DNA from: an uncultured Planctomycetota bacterium
GTDB taxonomy: Bacteria; Planctomycetota; Planctomycetia; Pirellulales; Lacipirellulaceae
Assembly (NCBI GenBank): GCA_963719315.1
Contig: CAVRBU010000002.1
Span: 832,001-896,000, forward strand
Direction: 5' to 3'
Length of the DNA stretch: 64,000 nucleotides
The position numbers and the translations under genes were made by a program. Positions within the stretch are counted from its first letter, which is position 1. The number at the start of each line of letters is the position of its first letter. Of the stretch, positions 34,502 to 46,504 are shown piece by piece. The notes under the pieces are model-generated. The model worked only from the letters and a program-made list of their open reading frames with translations. It was not told the DNA's origin and ran no database searches.

Positions 34502-35814
34502 TCACCACACTGGCGTCACGCCGCGATAGCTCCAATCCAGCACTTCCATCGGATGCACTACCGCTAGCTGTTCGCCCTGTTCGCGGGCCTCGCGGGCAAT
34601 TTGCAACGCACAGCCGGCGTTGGACGTGATCGCCACTCGTGCTCCCGTCGACTTGATGTTCTCCAACTTGCGCCGGCTTAGCCGGGCCGACATCTCGGGT
34701 TGCGTCAGGTTGTATGTGCCGGCCGCTCCGCAACAGAGGTCCGACTCCGGCAGATCGTGCAGTTCAAGGCCGGGGATTAGGGAGAGTAGTCGTCGGGCGC
34801 ATCGTGGATCTTCTGCGCGTGTAACAAATGGCAGGCATCGTGATACGTCGCCACGGCGCAAATCTCGCCCTCCGGCCGCATCGGCCCCAGTTGGTCAAGA
34901 AATTCATTCACGTCGCGGACCTTGGCCGACCAGGCGGCCCGCTCAGTTTGTCGCGGATCGTGCCAATGGTGGCCGTAGTCTTTCAGCATCGAACCGCAGC
35001 CGGCGATGTTGTTGATGATCGCGTCGAACCGTTCGTGCGGGAACGCGGCCAGGTTCTCATCGGCAAACTTCTGTGCCGGCTCGCTCGAACCCGCGTGAAA
35101 ATGAATCGCTCCGCAACAGACTTGCGACGGCGGCACGTGCACGTCGCACCCGTTCTGTTGCAGCACGCGGGCGGTCGCCCAATTCACGTGGCGGAACATC
35201 GCGTCGCCGATGCAGCCGGTGAAGAGAGCCACAGTTGCCCGCCGCCGGCCAATCGCCGGCAGAAACTCCGGTAATGGCCCCTCATTACGCCGCGGCGGCG
35301 GCAACATTTCAACCATGCGCCGCAATTGCACCGGCAGCAGATAGGTGAGCCGCGTCGCTTGCAGCAGCTTGAGCAGTCCGGTCCGCTGGGCGATTCGCGC
35401 CGGCAGAAGCGCTCGCCGCAATTTCGTGGCGTATGGGAACAGGCCGAACAGGACGTAGCGACGGAACCAATCGTCCTTCTGCGGTCCGCCTTCAACTTGG
35501 TCCATCGCGACGCGGAACGGCTCGATGAGTTTGCCGTACTGCACGCCGGATGGGCATGCCGTTTCGCACGCCCGGCAATCGAGGCAAAGCTCCAAGTGCC
35601 CGCGAACGCGGTCGTTCAGTTCCAGCTTTCCGTCGGTCACGCCGCGCATCAAATAGATGCGGCCGCGCGGACTTTCGTTTTCGTCGCCCGTTTCGACGTA
35701 GGTCGGGCACGCGGACGTGCATAATCCGCAATGGACGCAATCCAGCAGCAGCTCGTAATCGAGGGCGGCACCGGGGTTGCCATGGCCAGTTGTGCTAATT
35801 GGCATTTCAGACAT
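34502..35814 (-). CDS. glcF: Glycolate oxidase iron-sulfur subunit (frameshift near 34795)
   Basis: CVHCGLC, CLDCRAC and two CCG domains; the C-terminus continues in ORF 34502-34861. Confidence 0.88.
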
Positions 35815-35829
35815 AAAGGAAAGTTTTCT

Positions 35830-35915
35830 AACCGCTAATGATCGCTAATATCAGAATATATGGTGATGAGCATTCACATTATTCATTGGCACCCTATTAG
35901 CGAATATTAGTGGTT
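35830..35915. repeat. AT-rich MITE-like element, family B, between glcE and glcF
   Basis: aaccgctaatgatcgctaata ... tattagcgaatattagtggtt. Confidence 0.7.
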
Positions 35916-35944
35916 TGCTCTGCCCAGATCTGATTATTATCCAA

Positions 35945-37189
35945 CTAAAAAATGTACCGGCCCGGATTGAGTATATTCTTTGGGTCGAACTTTTGCTTGA
36001 TTCGTTCGAGCAGCACGATGGCGTCCGTTCGCCCGCCCCACAGCAGGTGCGGCGTCAGTCCCTCCAATTTGCTTCGCGCGACAACGAGGCTGCCGCCCAA
36101 CTGCATGGCCGCCGGTCGTAGTTTTCCCACGAGCACCGCCGATAAATCGGGTTGAGTGAACTTCGAAAACCGGGCTACGATGATGCCGCTAGCCGCGTGG
36201 GCCTGAGTCGCACAATTGGCGTCGAGGGCAGTTAGCCCGGCAATCATGCTTGTAACCGCGCTCGGGGGCACTGCAATTTGCACCACGAACGGCGAATTGT
36301 CGTCGGCCGGGCCGGCGCCGCGATCGGAAAATGCAACTTGGCGGTCCCACAGTGCGCCGGCTTCGCCGTCATCGAGACGGCGAACCTCCGAGCCGCCCGC
36401 GGCTTGGAGCTCGTTCTGCACCCGTTGAACCAACCAAAAGACTTCGTCTCCCGTGCCTTCGACGCGGACCACAAGCCGATTGCAAATTGCGTTCTCCGTC
36501 GCGGTCGCCCACGTAGTGCCCACGAGCAAATTAATCGCCACCGGCGGCGCTTCCAAATTGACCAATCGGCCGAGAGCGTTTTCAGTGATCTTCAAATCAC
36601 GGCAGTCCGCAACGATCGCAGCCGAACATTCGGGCAGCGGCTTGACCTTGAACGCCAATTGCGTGATGACGCCAAGCGTGCCCAGCGATCCCGTGAGCAG
36701 TTTGCAGAAATCGTAACCTGCCACGTTCTTGACGACCCGCCCGCCACCTTTAAACGCAACTCCACGACCATCGACAGCGTGAATGCCGATAATGTAATCC
36801 CTGACGGTGCCGTGGCCGTACCGCCGCGGTCCGTTCCAATTCGTCGCCACCACGCCACCGATTGTGGCCTCGTCTGCCCGCGGCACGTCGATCGGCAAGT
36901 GCTGTCCTTCGGCGGCGAGCGTGGCCGCGAGATCAGCCATTCGCACGCCCGCTTCGACCAAAATCGTCATGTCTCGCGGTGTGTAATCAACGATTTTTGA
37001 GAGGCTCGTGAGGTTCAACGTGTGTCCAGGCAGCGAAGGCGGATTCCCATAGTCGAGCGCTGTGCCGCCGCCGAGCGGATAGATCGCGTGGCCCGCTTCG
37101 TAGGCAGTACGCACGGCTTCCGCAACGTCGGCTTGATTGGCCGGCGTCACAGCATCTTCGGACAATACTTGTTTAACTGCCGTAGCCAT
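35945..37189 (-). CDS. glcE: Glycolate oxidase FAD-binding subunit
   Basis: GGGT, ATIGGVVA, GPRRY, GGRVVKNVAGYD, FDPKNILNPG; lies between glcD and glcF. Confidence 0.85.
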   Translation of the reverse strand: MATAVKQVLSEDAVTPANQADVAEAVRTAYEAGHAIYPLGGGTALDYGNPPSLPGHTLNLTSLSKIVDYTPRDMTILVEAGVRMADLAATLAAEGQHLPIDVPRADEATIGGVVATNWNGPRRYGHGTVRDYIIGIHAVDGRGVAFKGGGRVVKNVAGYDFCKLLTGSLGTLGVITQLAFKVKPLPECSAAIVADCRDLKITENALGRLVNLEAPPVAINLLVGTTWATATENAICNRLVVRVEGTGDEVFWLVQRVQNELQAAGGSEVRRLDDGEAGALWDRQVAFSDRGAGPADDNSPFVVQIAVPPSAVTSMIAGLTALDANCATQAHAASGIIVARFSKFTQPDLSAVLVGKLRPAAMQLGGSLVVARSKLEGLTPHLLWGGRTDAIVLLERIKQKFDPKNILNPGRYIF

Positions 37190-37230
37190 TGCTCTCGGTG
37201 TTTTCTGTAGTCGAATTTTCGACTTGTCTT

Positions 37231-38670
37231 TTAGAGGGCAGCTCGCCGTCCGGGATGCACCTGTTCCATACCGCATGCGCCGGCCGTTGGCAGCAGTTTG
37301 CCGGGGCTCAACCTTCCATTCGGATTGAGCGCATCGCGCAGCCGACCCATCACTTCAAGGTCGTTCTCCGTAAACATGCGATTCATGAAATTGATTTTTT
37401 CCAGACCGATCCCGTGTTCGCCCGTGACGCTGCCGCCGCAGTCCAAGCACTCCATCAGAATTTCGCCGCTGGCTACGAGGACTCGCTTGATCTCCTCCGG
37501 ATTCCGTTCGTCGAACAGCAGAATCGGGTGCAGATTGCCGTCGCCCGCGTGAAACACATTCACGATGCGAATATTGTGCTTAGCGCCAATTGCGCGGATG
37601 CGTTGCAAAATATGCGGCAATTTCGAACGCGGCACTACGCCATCCTGCGTGCAATAACTCGGACTCAGTCGGCCGATCGCGCCAAACGCTTGCTTGCGGC
37701 ACTTCCACAACTGCAGCCGCTCTTTGGCGTCGGCGGCGAAACGGACTTCGCGTGCTCCATGCTGGCGACACATTTCCGCCACACGATCGCGCTGTGCATC
37801 GAGGCCGACCTCCAGTCCGTCCACCTCGATCAACAAAATCGCCTCCGCATCCAACGGAAAGCCGAAGTGAAACGCCTCTTCCACGGCGACCAAGATTCCT
37901 TGATCCATCATTTCGAGGGCGGCTGGGATGATGCCCGCACCGATGATCGCGCTGATTGCCTGCGTCGCATCGTCCACCGAGTCGAAAACACCCAGCATCG
38001 TGCGAACGCCCTGCGGATTGCGGGTCAGCCGCACGCAGATTTTCGTAACGATGCCCAGCGTCCCTTCGCCGCCGACGATCGTGCCGACTAGATCGGGCCC
38101 AGGCGATTCACCAATTGGTCCGCCAACTTGGACGACATCGCCCTCGGCCGTCACGAGTTCGACGCCCAGGACGTGATTCACGGTCACACCATACTTCAAC
38201 GTGTGCGGCCCGCCGGCGTTCGTGGAAACATTGCCGCCGATCGTGCATGCGCCCTGGCTGGAAGGATCGGGCGCGTAGTGGAAACCCGTGCCGGCAAGGT
38301 GTTTGTTGAGATGTGCATTCACGACGCCCGGTTCGACCACCGCGTAGCGATCTCGGAGATTGACCTCCGCGATCTCGCGCATTCGGGTGAGGACGATCAT
38401 CACGCCGCCGCCGACCGGGAGCCCACCGCCGGCTAAGCTGGTGCCCGCTCCGCGCGGCACGAACGCCACGTCCAGCTCGTTGCAGAATCTAACGACGGCG
38501 GCAACTTCTACCGTACTCTTTGGAAACACCGCCACGCTGGGGCAATGCTTTTCGATTACGAACGCGTCGCATTCGTATACGGCCAAATCGGAATGCGAAT
38601 CTAGAACGTGGTCCGTGCCGACCAGCCGGCGCAGCCCTTCAGCAAGTTGTGTGGCATCGATCGTGGACAC
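37231..38670 (-). CDS. glcD: Glycolate oxidase subunit
   Basis: PRGAGTSLAGG, YAPDPSSQ, NAGGPHTLKYG, HAGDGNLHP, GEHGIG. Confidence 0.9.
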   Translation of the reverse strand: MSTIDATQLAEGLRRLVGTDHVLDSHSDLAVYECDAFVIEKHCPSVAVFPKSTVEVAAVVRFCNELDVAFVPRGAGTSLAGGGLPVGGGVMIVLTRMREIAEVNLRDRYAVVEPGVVNAHLNKHLAGTGFHYAPDPSSQGACTIGGNVSTNAGGPHTLKYGVTVNHVLGVELVTAEGDVVQVGGPIGESPGPDLVGTIVGGEGTLGIVTKICVRLTRNPQGVRTMLGVFDSVDDATQAISAIIGAGIIPAALEMMDQGILVAVEEAFHFGFPLDAEAILLIEVDGLEVGLDAQRDRVAEMCRQHGAREVRFAADAKERLQLWKCRKQAFGAIGRLSPSYCTQDGVVPRSKLPHILQRIRAIGAKHNIRIVNVFHAGDGNLHPILLFDERNPEEIKRVLVASGEILMECLDCGGSVTGEHGIGLEKINFMNRMFTENDLEVMGRLRDALNPNGRLSPGKLLPTAGACGMEQVHPGRRAAL

Positions 38671-38785
38671 ATCCGGCTCGCGTAATCCGACGCTGTCACC
38701 CGGCGCAAGAATCACGCCAGCGCAAAACATTGATTATAGGTGCTTCGCGAGCCTGCACCAGTGGATATCGATGCGAGCCGCGTTG

Positions 38786-39259
38786 CTAAGCCCGCTCGTC
38801 CGGCAACGTCAGATCGGGAACATCTTTTCCGAGCGCGGTCGCGAGCGCGATTTGATGGTCCTGCTCCTGCAACAGAATCTGCCGAATGTGTTCCGCGATC
38901 GCATACTCACCAAGCTCTTCGCACTGCCGGACCCGGACACGATAGTTTCGAATCGTCTCGTTTTCGTTATCGAGATCGAACTGTAACATCTCTTTGGCTT
39001 TTTCGGAGGTCTTCACTGGCTTCGGCGTCACTTTGGGCATTCCTCCCAGATAATCGATTTGATTCGCCAAAATCAAGGCGTGCTGCAATTCCTGGCCAGC
39101 GTGAACGGCCAACTCGTCCGCGACGCTCATGTACTCGGCGCCTTTAAGCACCTGAGAATATACGACGTAGGAGATAATTGCCTGATACTCGCGTTCCAGG
39201 TCTTCGTTCAGCAGCTTGATCAATTGGGTGCGCGACAGCTTCGATTCTTTGCTCGCCAT
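38786..39259 (-). CDS. Ferritin-like/bacterioferritin protein
   Basis: LNEDLEREYQAI, ELQHA, QIDYLGG, EQDH di-iron ligands. Confidence 0.85.
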   Translation of the reverse strand: MASKESKLSRTQLIKLLNEDLEREYQAIISYVVYSQVLKGAEYMSVADELAVHAGQELQHALILANQIDYLGGMPKVTPKPVKTSEKAKEMLQFDLDNENETIRNYRVRVRQCEELGEYAIAEHIRQILLQEQDHQIALATALGKDVPDLTLPDERA

Positions 39260-39432
39260 GATATGTTCTCCGCATTCGGTGGAATAATTATTACGTGCCG
39301 TCTCGCGCCAGGAACACACATGTTCTCTGGCTCCCACTGCGCGAACGGAACCCGCCCAATCATATCATCGCGGCTTCTACTTGTCGCGTGAGCGCACGCT
39401 CCACAATCTGGAAAAACACCGACGGAGAGCGC

Positions 39433-39481
39433 AAAAAAGTGTGCCACCTGCCCCGAGAGGTGGGAGAGACAGGTGGTACAC
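39433..39481 (-). terminator. Intrinsic terminator downstream of the sigma factor gene
   Basis: Minus strand GTGTACCACCTG-loop-CAGGTGGCACAC followed by TTTTTT. Confidence 0.7.
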
Positions 39482-39592
39482 AACCGGCGGGAGGAGGAAA
39501 GCTAGAGGGATTCGATTATTTGTTGATTCTGAGTTGTGGATCCCTATTGCAACTTAGTTTCTGCTTTAGGAGTAAATGCGTTTCGCTCAGCT

Positions 39593-41311
39593 TCATGATT
39601 CCACAGGCACTTCCACGCCGTCCAGAAAGCCGGCCAGGGCCCGCGTGCGATAAGGCTGCTGTAGCTTGCGTACCGCCTTCGATTCGATCTGTCGCACGCG
39701 CTCGCGGGTTACCTGGAAGATCTTGCCGACCTCTTCCAACGTGTAGGTGTACCCATCGGCCAGGCCGTAACGCAGCCGAATGATTTCGCGCTCGCGGTAG
39801 GTCAGGTCGTGCATCACATCGTTGAGCCGCTGCTTGAGCATTTCGCTGTTTGTATCGCGAAGAGGATCGTCGTCGCGGTTTTCTTGCAAAAACTCGCCGA
39901 AGAAATTGTCTTCGTGATCGCCGACCGGCTGGTCGAGTGAGAGGGGCTGCCGGCACATTTTGACGATGACGCGGGCGTCGTCAATCGAGAGCCCGGCACG
40001 TTCCGCGACTTCTTCGGGGTTTGGCTCGCGGCCGACTTCCTGCACGAAGGCAGCCGTCACGGCCCGCACGCGGCCCATTGTGTCGATCATGTGCACCGGC
40101 AGGCGGATCGTGCGGCTCTGATCGGCAATTGCCCGCGTGATTGCCTGTCGAATCCACCAGGTTGCGTAGGTCGAGAATTTGTAACCGCGTTGATATTCGA
40201 ATTTATCCACCGCACGCATCAGGCCGGTGTTGCCTTCCTGGATAAGATCCAGAAAACTAAGCCCGCGATTGCGGTAGCGCTTGGCGATCGAGACAACCAG
40301 CCGCAGATTGGCGGCCGAAAGCACCCGCTTGGCCTCGTCGTATTTGTTGCGTTGTTCCAAGGTACGAGCTGCCAAATGAGCCAGGGTCGCCGGCGATTCC
40401 AGCGTGATCCGCATCAAGTACCGGAGTTCCTGCAAGAGCTCGGAATGCTGTTTTTCGCTGATGAGTTTCTCGGGCTCGGCCAACTGTTGCTTGATCGTGA
40501 TCATCCGCTCACCGATTTTGTGCAATTGCGCCATCATCGGCATCAGCTTGCCGAGCCGCAGGTTGAGTTCTTCGACGAGCCGCACGATTTTGCCGCGGCG
40601 GATCACTAGTCGGCGCCATGCGCCGTGCTTCTCGGCCTTGGGGCGGCGCTTGTCGATCACGACCCGGAAATCGACTTGGTTCAGCCGCATCAGGTGTTTG
40701 ATCGTCGCCAGGTTTGGGGCTAGCCGCTTAAGCGTCCGCTTCTTCTCTGCCGTGTTCGTGACCGAGATTTCGATGGTACGATCCAGCCGCAGCTCGCCGT
40801 GTTGAACTTTTTCCAGCAGCTCGATAGCGCCCTGCAACACGAAATCGTTGCCCAGGAGCAAATTGCGAAACCGTGTGCGAGTTTCTTCGATCCGGCGAGC
40901 GGAGGAGATTTCGTCGGCCCGGCAAAGCATGGGGATTTCGCCCATTTGCATGAGGTACATGCGAATGGGGTCGTCAATGTGCGATTCGTGACTGCCCTCT
41001 TCGGGCAGATGTTCGAGGTCGTCTTCCTGATCGAGAAGAGGGCTCAGCGTTTCGTCCGGGTGCTCATCTTCATTGAGGATAAAATCATCGTCGGCGATGG
41101 CGCCGCTGTGGTGATTGCCCTTGCCATTGGTTGACCCGTTCACGGCAGCAGCGCCGTTTCGGGTTGATTTTCCGAGTAGCTTACTGTTGGCTTTTCCGCT
41201 TGCTTTTCCATTCAACGGATGATTCGGGCGGGCGCGTCGCACAGGCCGTTCCTCGCGGTGGTCGGATCGAAGTGGCTTGACGCTGGCCGTGGAATGCACC
41301 CCCGGTGCCAA
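39593..41311 (-). CDS. RpoD/SigA-family RNA polymerase sigma factor
   Basis: [49 protein letters not shown]...RERVRQIE; start uncertain. Confidence 0.92.
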   Translation of the reverse strand: MAPGVHSTASVKPLRSDHREERPVRRARPNHPLNGKASGKANSKLLGKSTRNGAAAVNGSTNGKGNHHSGAIADDDFILNEDEHPDETLSPLLDQEDDLEHLPEEGSHESHIDDPIRMYLMQMGEIPMLCRADEISSARRIEETRTRFRNLLLGNDFVLQGAIELLEKVQHGELRLDRTIEISVTNTAEKKRTLKRLAPNLATIKHLMRLNQVDFRVVIDKRRPKAEKHGAWRRLVIRRGKIVRLVEELNLRLGKLMPMMAQLHKIGERMITIKQQLAEPEKLISEKQHSELLQELRYLMRITLESPATLAHLAARTLEQRNKYDEAKRVLSAANLRLVVSIAKRYRNRGLSFLDLIQEGNTGLMRAVDKFEYQRGYKFSTYATWWIRQAITRAIADQSRTIRLPVHMIDTMGRVRAVTAAFVQEVGREPNPEEVAERAGLSIDDARVIVKMCRQPLSLDQPVGDHEDNFFGEFLQENRDDDPLRDTNSEMLKQRLNDVMHDLTYREREIIRLRYGLADGYTYTLEEVGKIFQVTRERVRQIESKAVRKLQQPYRTRALAGFLDGVEVPVES

Positions 41312-41648
41312 GCCGTCGTCAGTCCGGCCGCGGAGCAGGCCTTAAGTGGTTATGGGAACACGCTTTGCGATTGAAGATCGAGCGTAGCCGCGGCCCTAAG
41401 TTTGCCGGTGCGTGGCGAACTGGCATCAATCGCCGAGCTGCAAAGTGGCGATGTCGCAACACCGCTGCCTCGTCGCGCGCCGCCTGAACTCCTACAATCG
41501 TTACGTTCGGTGCCTGCCAAAGTGTTCGGATCCACAAGAGCGGCCCCACTTTTACTGACCCACTCAAACTTCAAACAGCCAAGCGGGACTCACGCAACGG
41601 CGTGAGTTTCGGCTTATTCGCATTAGTTAGGTATTCACTTTCGTGTAC

Positions 41649-42439
41649 ATGTCCAGCAACGCGATCGATGTGAAAGTCACCGGCGCGGTGGGTACGATCG
41701 TGCTCAATCGGCCTCAGCGTCGGAACGCTCTTAGCCGCGCGATGATTGCGCTGCTTTCCGAGGCTCTAGGCGACTTGCATCAGGAGAAGCGAGTCCGATC
41801 GATTGTGTTGACCGGCGCCGGCACGGCGTTCTGCGCGGGCATAGACATTCATGAAATGCACGCCGCTGCGGCACTGCCCGATGCGGAAAAGGCGCAAGAT
41901 TGGGGCGAAACGGCCGAAGCGTATTGCGGGCTCGTGACGCAGATGATCGAGCTGCCGAAACCGATCATCGCCTCGGTCAACGGCCCGGCCGTGGCTGGCG
42001 GTGCGGGTCTCGTTTTGGCGAGCGATATCGTTGTCGCCAGTCCGACTGCTCAATTTGGCCTCCCCGAACCCCGCCGCGGCATTATCGCGGGGGTCGTTGC
42101 GCCGTTGCTCGCGTTCCGCGTCGGCGGCGGTACTGCCGCTCGGCTGCTGATTTCTTCGGCGATTATCCCGGCCGAGGAGGCCTACCGCATTGGCATCTAT
42201 CACGAGCTGATCGACGAAACCCGGCTCTGGGCCCGCTGCGTTCAGCTCGGCGAAGAGTGCGCCGCCGGGCGCCGGAAGCGCTGCAGCTTACGAAACGCCT
42301 GCTCTACGAAACGATTGGCGAGCAACTATCCACACAACTCACCGTCGGCGCCGCAATGAGCGCGACTGCCCGCACCACCGAAGCTGCTCAGGAAGGCCTC
42401 GCCGCGTTTGTCGAAAAACGCCCGCCTGAATGGAAATAG
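41649..42439 (+). CDS. Enoyl-CoA hydratase/isomerase family protein (frameshift near 42270)
   Basis: LNRPQRRNAL, FCAGID, PKPIIASVNG.AVAGG, FGLPE; C-terminal EGLAAFVEKRPPEW in the second frame. Confidence 0.85.
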
Positions 42440-42566
42440 CTCGTCGTGGAAGGGAAAATGGATCGAGGCCCGCGGCGCAAGTAAGGGAACATTGGAGGCC
42501 GCTATGTCCGTTGCTTGCGCTGCGGGCTCCATACTTGGCATTTATGGAATTGGTGCAAAAGAGATT

Positions 42567-43448
42567 CTACAACTCTGGATGATCCGCCATCCATCGCTGC
42601 CAATCTCCCTCGTGCCCCGTCACATTAAGGACCTCTTGGCAGATGTCGCGGGGTTGGGCGCCGAGGCGCGACAACAGGTCCGTCGCTGCGCTCGGCCGAA
42701 TCTGGCACAGCGCTAACAGCAGATGCTCGGCGCCGGTGTATTCGTCACCGAGCGACTTGGCCGCCGCGTTGCTTTTGGCCGTGAGCGACTTGAGATAGGC
42801 GGAAGATACCTCGTCGCGACTCACCATTTCGCGGAGCGACCGCTTCACCATCTTGCAATCAATGTTAAGAGCTCGAAACGCATTTGCCGCAATGCCCCTC
42901 GATTCGTCAAGCATCGCCAAGAGCACATCAACGCTGTCCACATACACGCGCCGCGACTCGGCGGCCGATTCCCGTGCCGCGATCACAATCTGGTGCGCGC
43001 GGTCTGTGAACTCTGCGAACGCGGGGGCTGAGTTTCTGGCCGCGGCTGTTTCGGCCGCCGGTTCCTCGGTATCGAGTTGCAGCTCCTCATCGAATTGCAC
43101 CGGCGACGGTTGCTCGTCGTCGCGCCGGTAGAGTAGTAGGTGCAGCTTTTCGATCGTCACGGCGCCCTCGGCCACCATTTTATCGAGCACCGGCAGAAAA
43201 ACGGCGATCCGCTCTGCCGCATCGAGAATCTCGATGACGATCGGCACATCTTCCGAGAGGTGCAAGACTTTGACCGAGTGCACCCTGCCCGAGGCACCGT
43301 ATCCCTCAATGCCCCGCAATGCGGTTGCTCCGGCAAGTCCCTTCTCTTTGGCTGCGCGGATGATCATCTCGTAGAGGGGCCGGCCTTCCCACCGGTCGCT
43401 CTCGTTGACAAAGATCCGCAGCAAATGAGCCTGGCCTTCCGTTTTCAT
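42567..43448 (-). CDS. DUF190 (PII-like) domain fused to a Clp N-terminal repeat domain
   Basis: LRIFVNESD...GLAGATALRGIEGYG...LSEDVPIVIE; C-terminal FTDRA, VLLAML, GAEHLLLAL. Confidence 0.8.
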   Translation of the reverse strand: MKTEGQAHLLRIFVNESDRWEGRPLYEMIIRAAKEKGLAGATALRGIEGYGASGRVHSVKVLHLSEDVPIVIEILDAAERIAVFLPVLDKMVAEGAVTIEKLHLLLYRRDDEQPSPVQFDEELQLDTEEPAAETAAARNSAPAFAEFTDRAHQIVIAARESAAESRRVYVDSVDVLLAMLDESRGIAANAFRALNIDCKMVKRSLREMVSRDEVSSAYLKSLTAKSNAAAKSLGDEYTGAEHLLLALCQIRPSAATDLLSRLGAQPRDICQEVLNVTGHEGDWQRWMADHPEL

Positions 43449-43772
43449 CAACACTCCTCAAACCGCTACAAACTTCCAAAACCCAGCCTCGCTGCTAGCA
43501 GTCGCGGGCAAAACCGGCAACTCTCATTTTATTGGCGTGACGCATATTACCGATCTTAACTGATGGCCGGACTTTGTGTCCCCACCCGCCGTATGCCGCA
43601 AGTTCTTTCGCCCTTGAAGCTTAAGCACAGTCGGACAATCGCCGGGGAGCAACTGGTGCGCTGCGAAGTTGAAGCGAGTTTCGCCCCCGCAAGCGACTCG
43701 CCCAATTCTTCTATGACCGAATATAGCCGCGCACAGTCTCAAAGACACCAGGAATCGGCCGAAAGGCTCGAC

Positions 43773-46260
43773 ATGGAAGTTGAGAAACAGCCCAGCCCTT
43801 GGCCCTGCGCGGTGATGCTCTTGGCGTTGCTATTGTGCTGCCTCGCGGCACCTTGGTACTGGCAGCAAGATCCCTCGGCCGAATCCACGGACGCAACCGG
43901 TTTCCCCCGAGACAGCCTATTTGGTCACACAGGGAGTTCTGCTCCCCCGACTCCTAGCGTCCTACGAGGATTGCATTTCAACTTCGGCGGTACGAAGGTC
44001 GGCATGCTCGGTCAAGAGCCCGGCAACGCCTTGCCAAACCTGTGGGCGCCGCCAACGATTGAGGAGTTGATCGCGGCCCGCGGAGCAACCAATCAATTTG
44101 ATCCCTCGATCTGCCACTTCAACGACCAACCATCTTATTGGCAGCCGTTAGAAGCTCCGTCGAATAGCACTGCTCAATCGGGCGACGCCTACGACGCTCT
44201 TCCGCCGAGTGAACCGATTGAGTTTGATCCAGAGGTCACGACATCGCTGGAAACCATTGGCGCCGCGATTGCGGCGTTTGCGCCGGATAACGTCGTGCCC
44301 GAGTTTGCCGGGCGTATTTTCGACGCCGTTCCGAAGTACGTCGTTGCGTGGTCGAATATTACGCCGATTATGGAGTCGAGCGTATCCTCACATTCCACAC
44401 TTCAATTAATCCTGCCGGAAGAACAGTTGGCAAGGCCTGTAGCCGCGCCAAAGAAAACCCCCTGGTGCGTGCCGCAAGCCTTGTACGAGCAACTTGAGCG
44501 GCTGGCCGAACCTGCTTACACGGCCCAATGGGCAAGCTACGTCGGCAACCAGTTGCACGCGCTGACCGATCGCGACCAGCTTGAGGGTGATGATGTCCAA
44601 GCGATCCTCTCGGACCTCAGTGGCGCGGCCCAGGAAGCGCTTCGCCTGGCGGAAGGCGCCGACGACGCTCGGCTCCGAGTCGAATTGTTGCGAGCCCACT
44701 GGGCCTTGGCCCGGCGGATCGATTGTTGGTCCGCGATGCACGAAGAGCGAGTAGCGTTCCACGTCCAAGGCCGCGTCGCCGCGCGAGGTGAGTTGAGCCC
44801 GTACTTCGACAGCGCGCACCAGCGAGTCGCCCACGCCTGCCGAAATCGCCGAACTCAGCAAAGACCTTGAATCCTACGAAAGGTTTCGCGACCCGCAATT
44901 GGGACAGCACATCATCGAACAACAACGGTCTCTGGCCGCATCACCCGCCTCGTTCGATCGCACGCTGGCCGACGCCGTCGAGCAGCATTACCGCAACGCG
45001 AACATTCGTGTCGCTATTACGGCCCAAATGGTCAACCGGATGATCAATGCCGAGCGTTCCGAATCTCGGCCGGTACGCGAAAGCATCGCAGGCGCCTTTG
45101 TCCGCGGCCAGTCGGACGTTTACTCGCAGAGCCAAGTGGAGCTCGAGCCGGCTGATGACGAATGGCAAATGCGCGTGCGAACCAAGGGAGTTGTCGAATC
45201 CAACACGCTGGCCAACGCTGGTCCGGTACGTCTCCGCAGCCGCGGAGCGACCGATTTTTCGGGCAGTAAATCGGTCATCGTCCGCTCGGACGGCGTTCAC
45301 ATGCAGTCGAGCAACGTCGAGGCAACGTCGCGGAGCCGCCTCGTCGGCGTCACGACCGATTATGATTGGATCCCGCTATTCGGCAGCATGACGCGCGACC
45401 GGGCCATGCAGGAATACCAGGCGAAACAGAGATTCGTTCGAAATGCCATGGAGTCGCGGGTATCTTCGGAAGCCAGCGACATGCTTGACCGCGACACGCA
45501 CGAGGCAATGGAGCAGGCTCGCCAGAGGCTCTACGCTCGATTCACGGAACACTTCGACCAGTATGGCATTAAGCTCTCGACGATCGAAATGAAATCGACG
45601 CCCGAGCGGCTCGTCGCGCGTGTTCGCGTCGCCAGCGACGACCAACTCGGCTCGCACACGCCGCGCCCGCGGGCGCTTTCCGATAGCCTCGCGAGTGTTC
45701 AATTGCATGAATCGGCAATGAACAATTTGGCTGTGACGCTTGGTCTCGATGGCCAGCGCCTCACAGGCGCCGAGTTGCAGCAGAAGCTACGCGAGCGGTT
45801 CCCGCAGATGGCTGAGCGCGACCCGCAAGAAACACGCCGCGATACGGTCTTCCAATTCGCGCCGAAGGATGCCGTGCAGTTTCACATTAGCGGTGGAAAA
45901 CTCGAACTTAAGGTCGCTTTCGATAGTGTGGAACTCGACGGCACACCAATGCCGAATGTCACGGTGCATGCGAAATATACGCCGGTCGTCGATGGGCTGA
46001 ACGCCGACCTGAAGCGCGGCGGCGCACTAGGTATCGAAGGCAGGTTCAGTTCGAGAGAACGCGCACGCTTGCACAACATCTTCCAGAGCGTCTTCCCATC
46101 AGATCGGACACTGCGGATCGCGCACCTCGGCGACCACGACAAACACCGGCTTGAGGGCCTGATGATCACGCAACTCGTCCTGGAAGACGGTTGGATCGGC
46201 CTGGCGATTGGACCCGAGTCGACCAATCGCGTCGCCGAACGTTCACGCTCACTGCGCTAG
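43773..46260 (+). CDS. Large planctomycete hypothetical membrane-anchored protein (frameshift near 44815)
   Basis: ORFs 43563-44870 and 44899-46260 can be joined by a 2-nt repair; N-terminal TM LLLCCLAAPWYW; HYRNANIRVAI and HTPRPRA segments. Confidence 0.6.
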
Positions 46261-46285
46261 GCAGACGCCGCTCAAATCGCGGCAG

Positions 46286-46504
46286 CTACTCGAAGGCTGC
46301 GATCTTTTCGCGAACGCGTTGCCACCACGATTGCAGCCGCTTTTGCGTTGAGCCGTTGCGTTCGATCCTGGAACTCGTGAGTTCGGCCATTGCCGCTTGC
46401 CAGTCTTCGGCGCCGTCGCCGGGCGGGCAGCCGCGGGCCTGCCAGATTTCGTACGCGCGCTCCGCAATTTCGTCATCGGAAATAACTGTATGACTGGACT
46501 TCAT
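46286..46504 (-). CDS. DUF2934 domain protein
   Basis: EIAERAYEIWQARGCPPG...EDWQAA. Confidence 0.8.
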   Translation of the reverse strand: MKSSHTVISDDEIAERAYEIWQARGCPPGDGAEDWQAAMAELTSSRIERNGSTQKRLQSWWQRVREKIAAFE

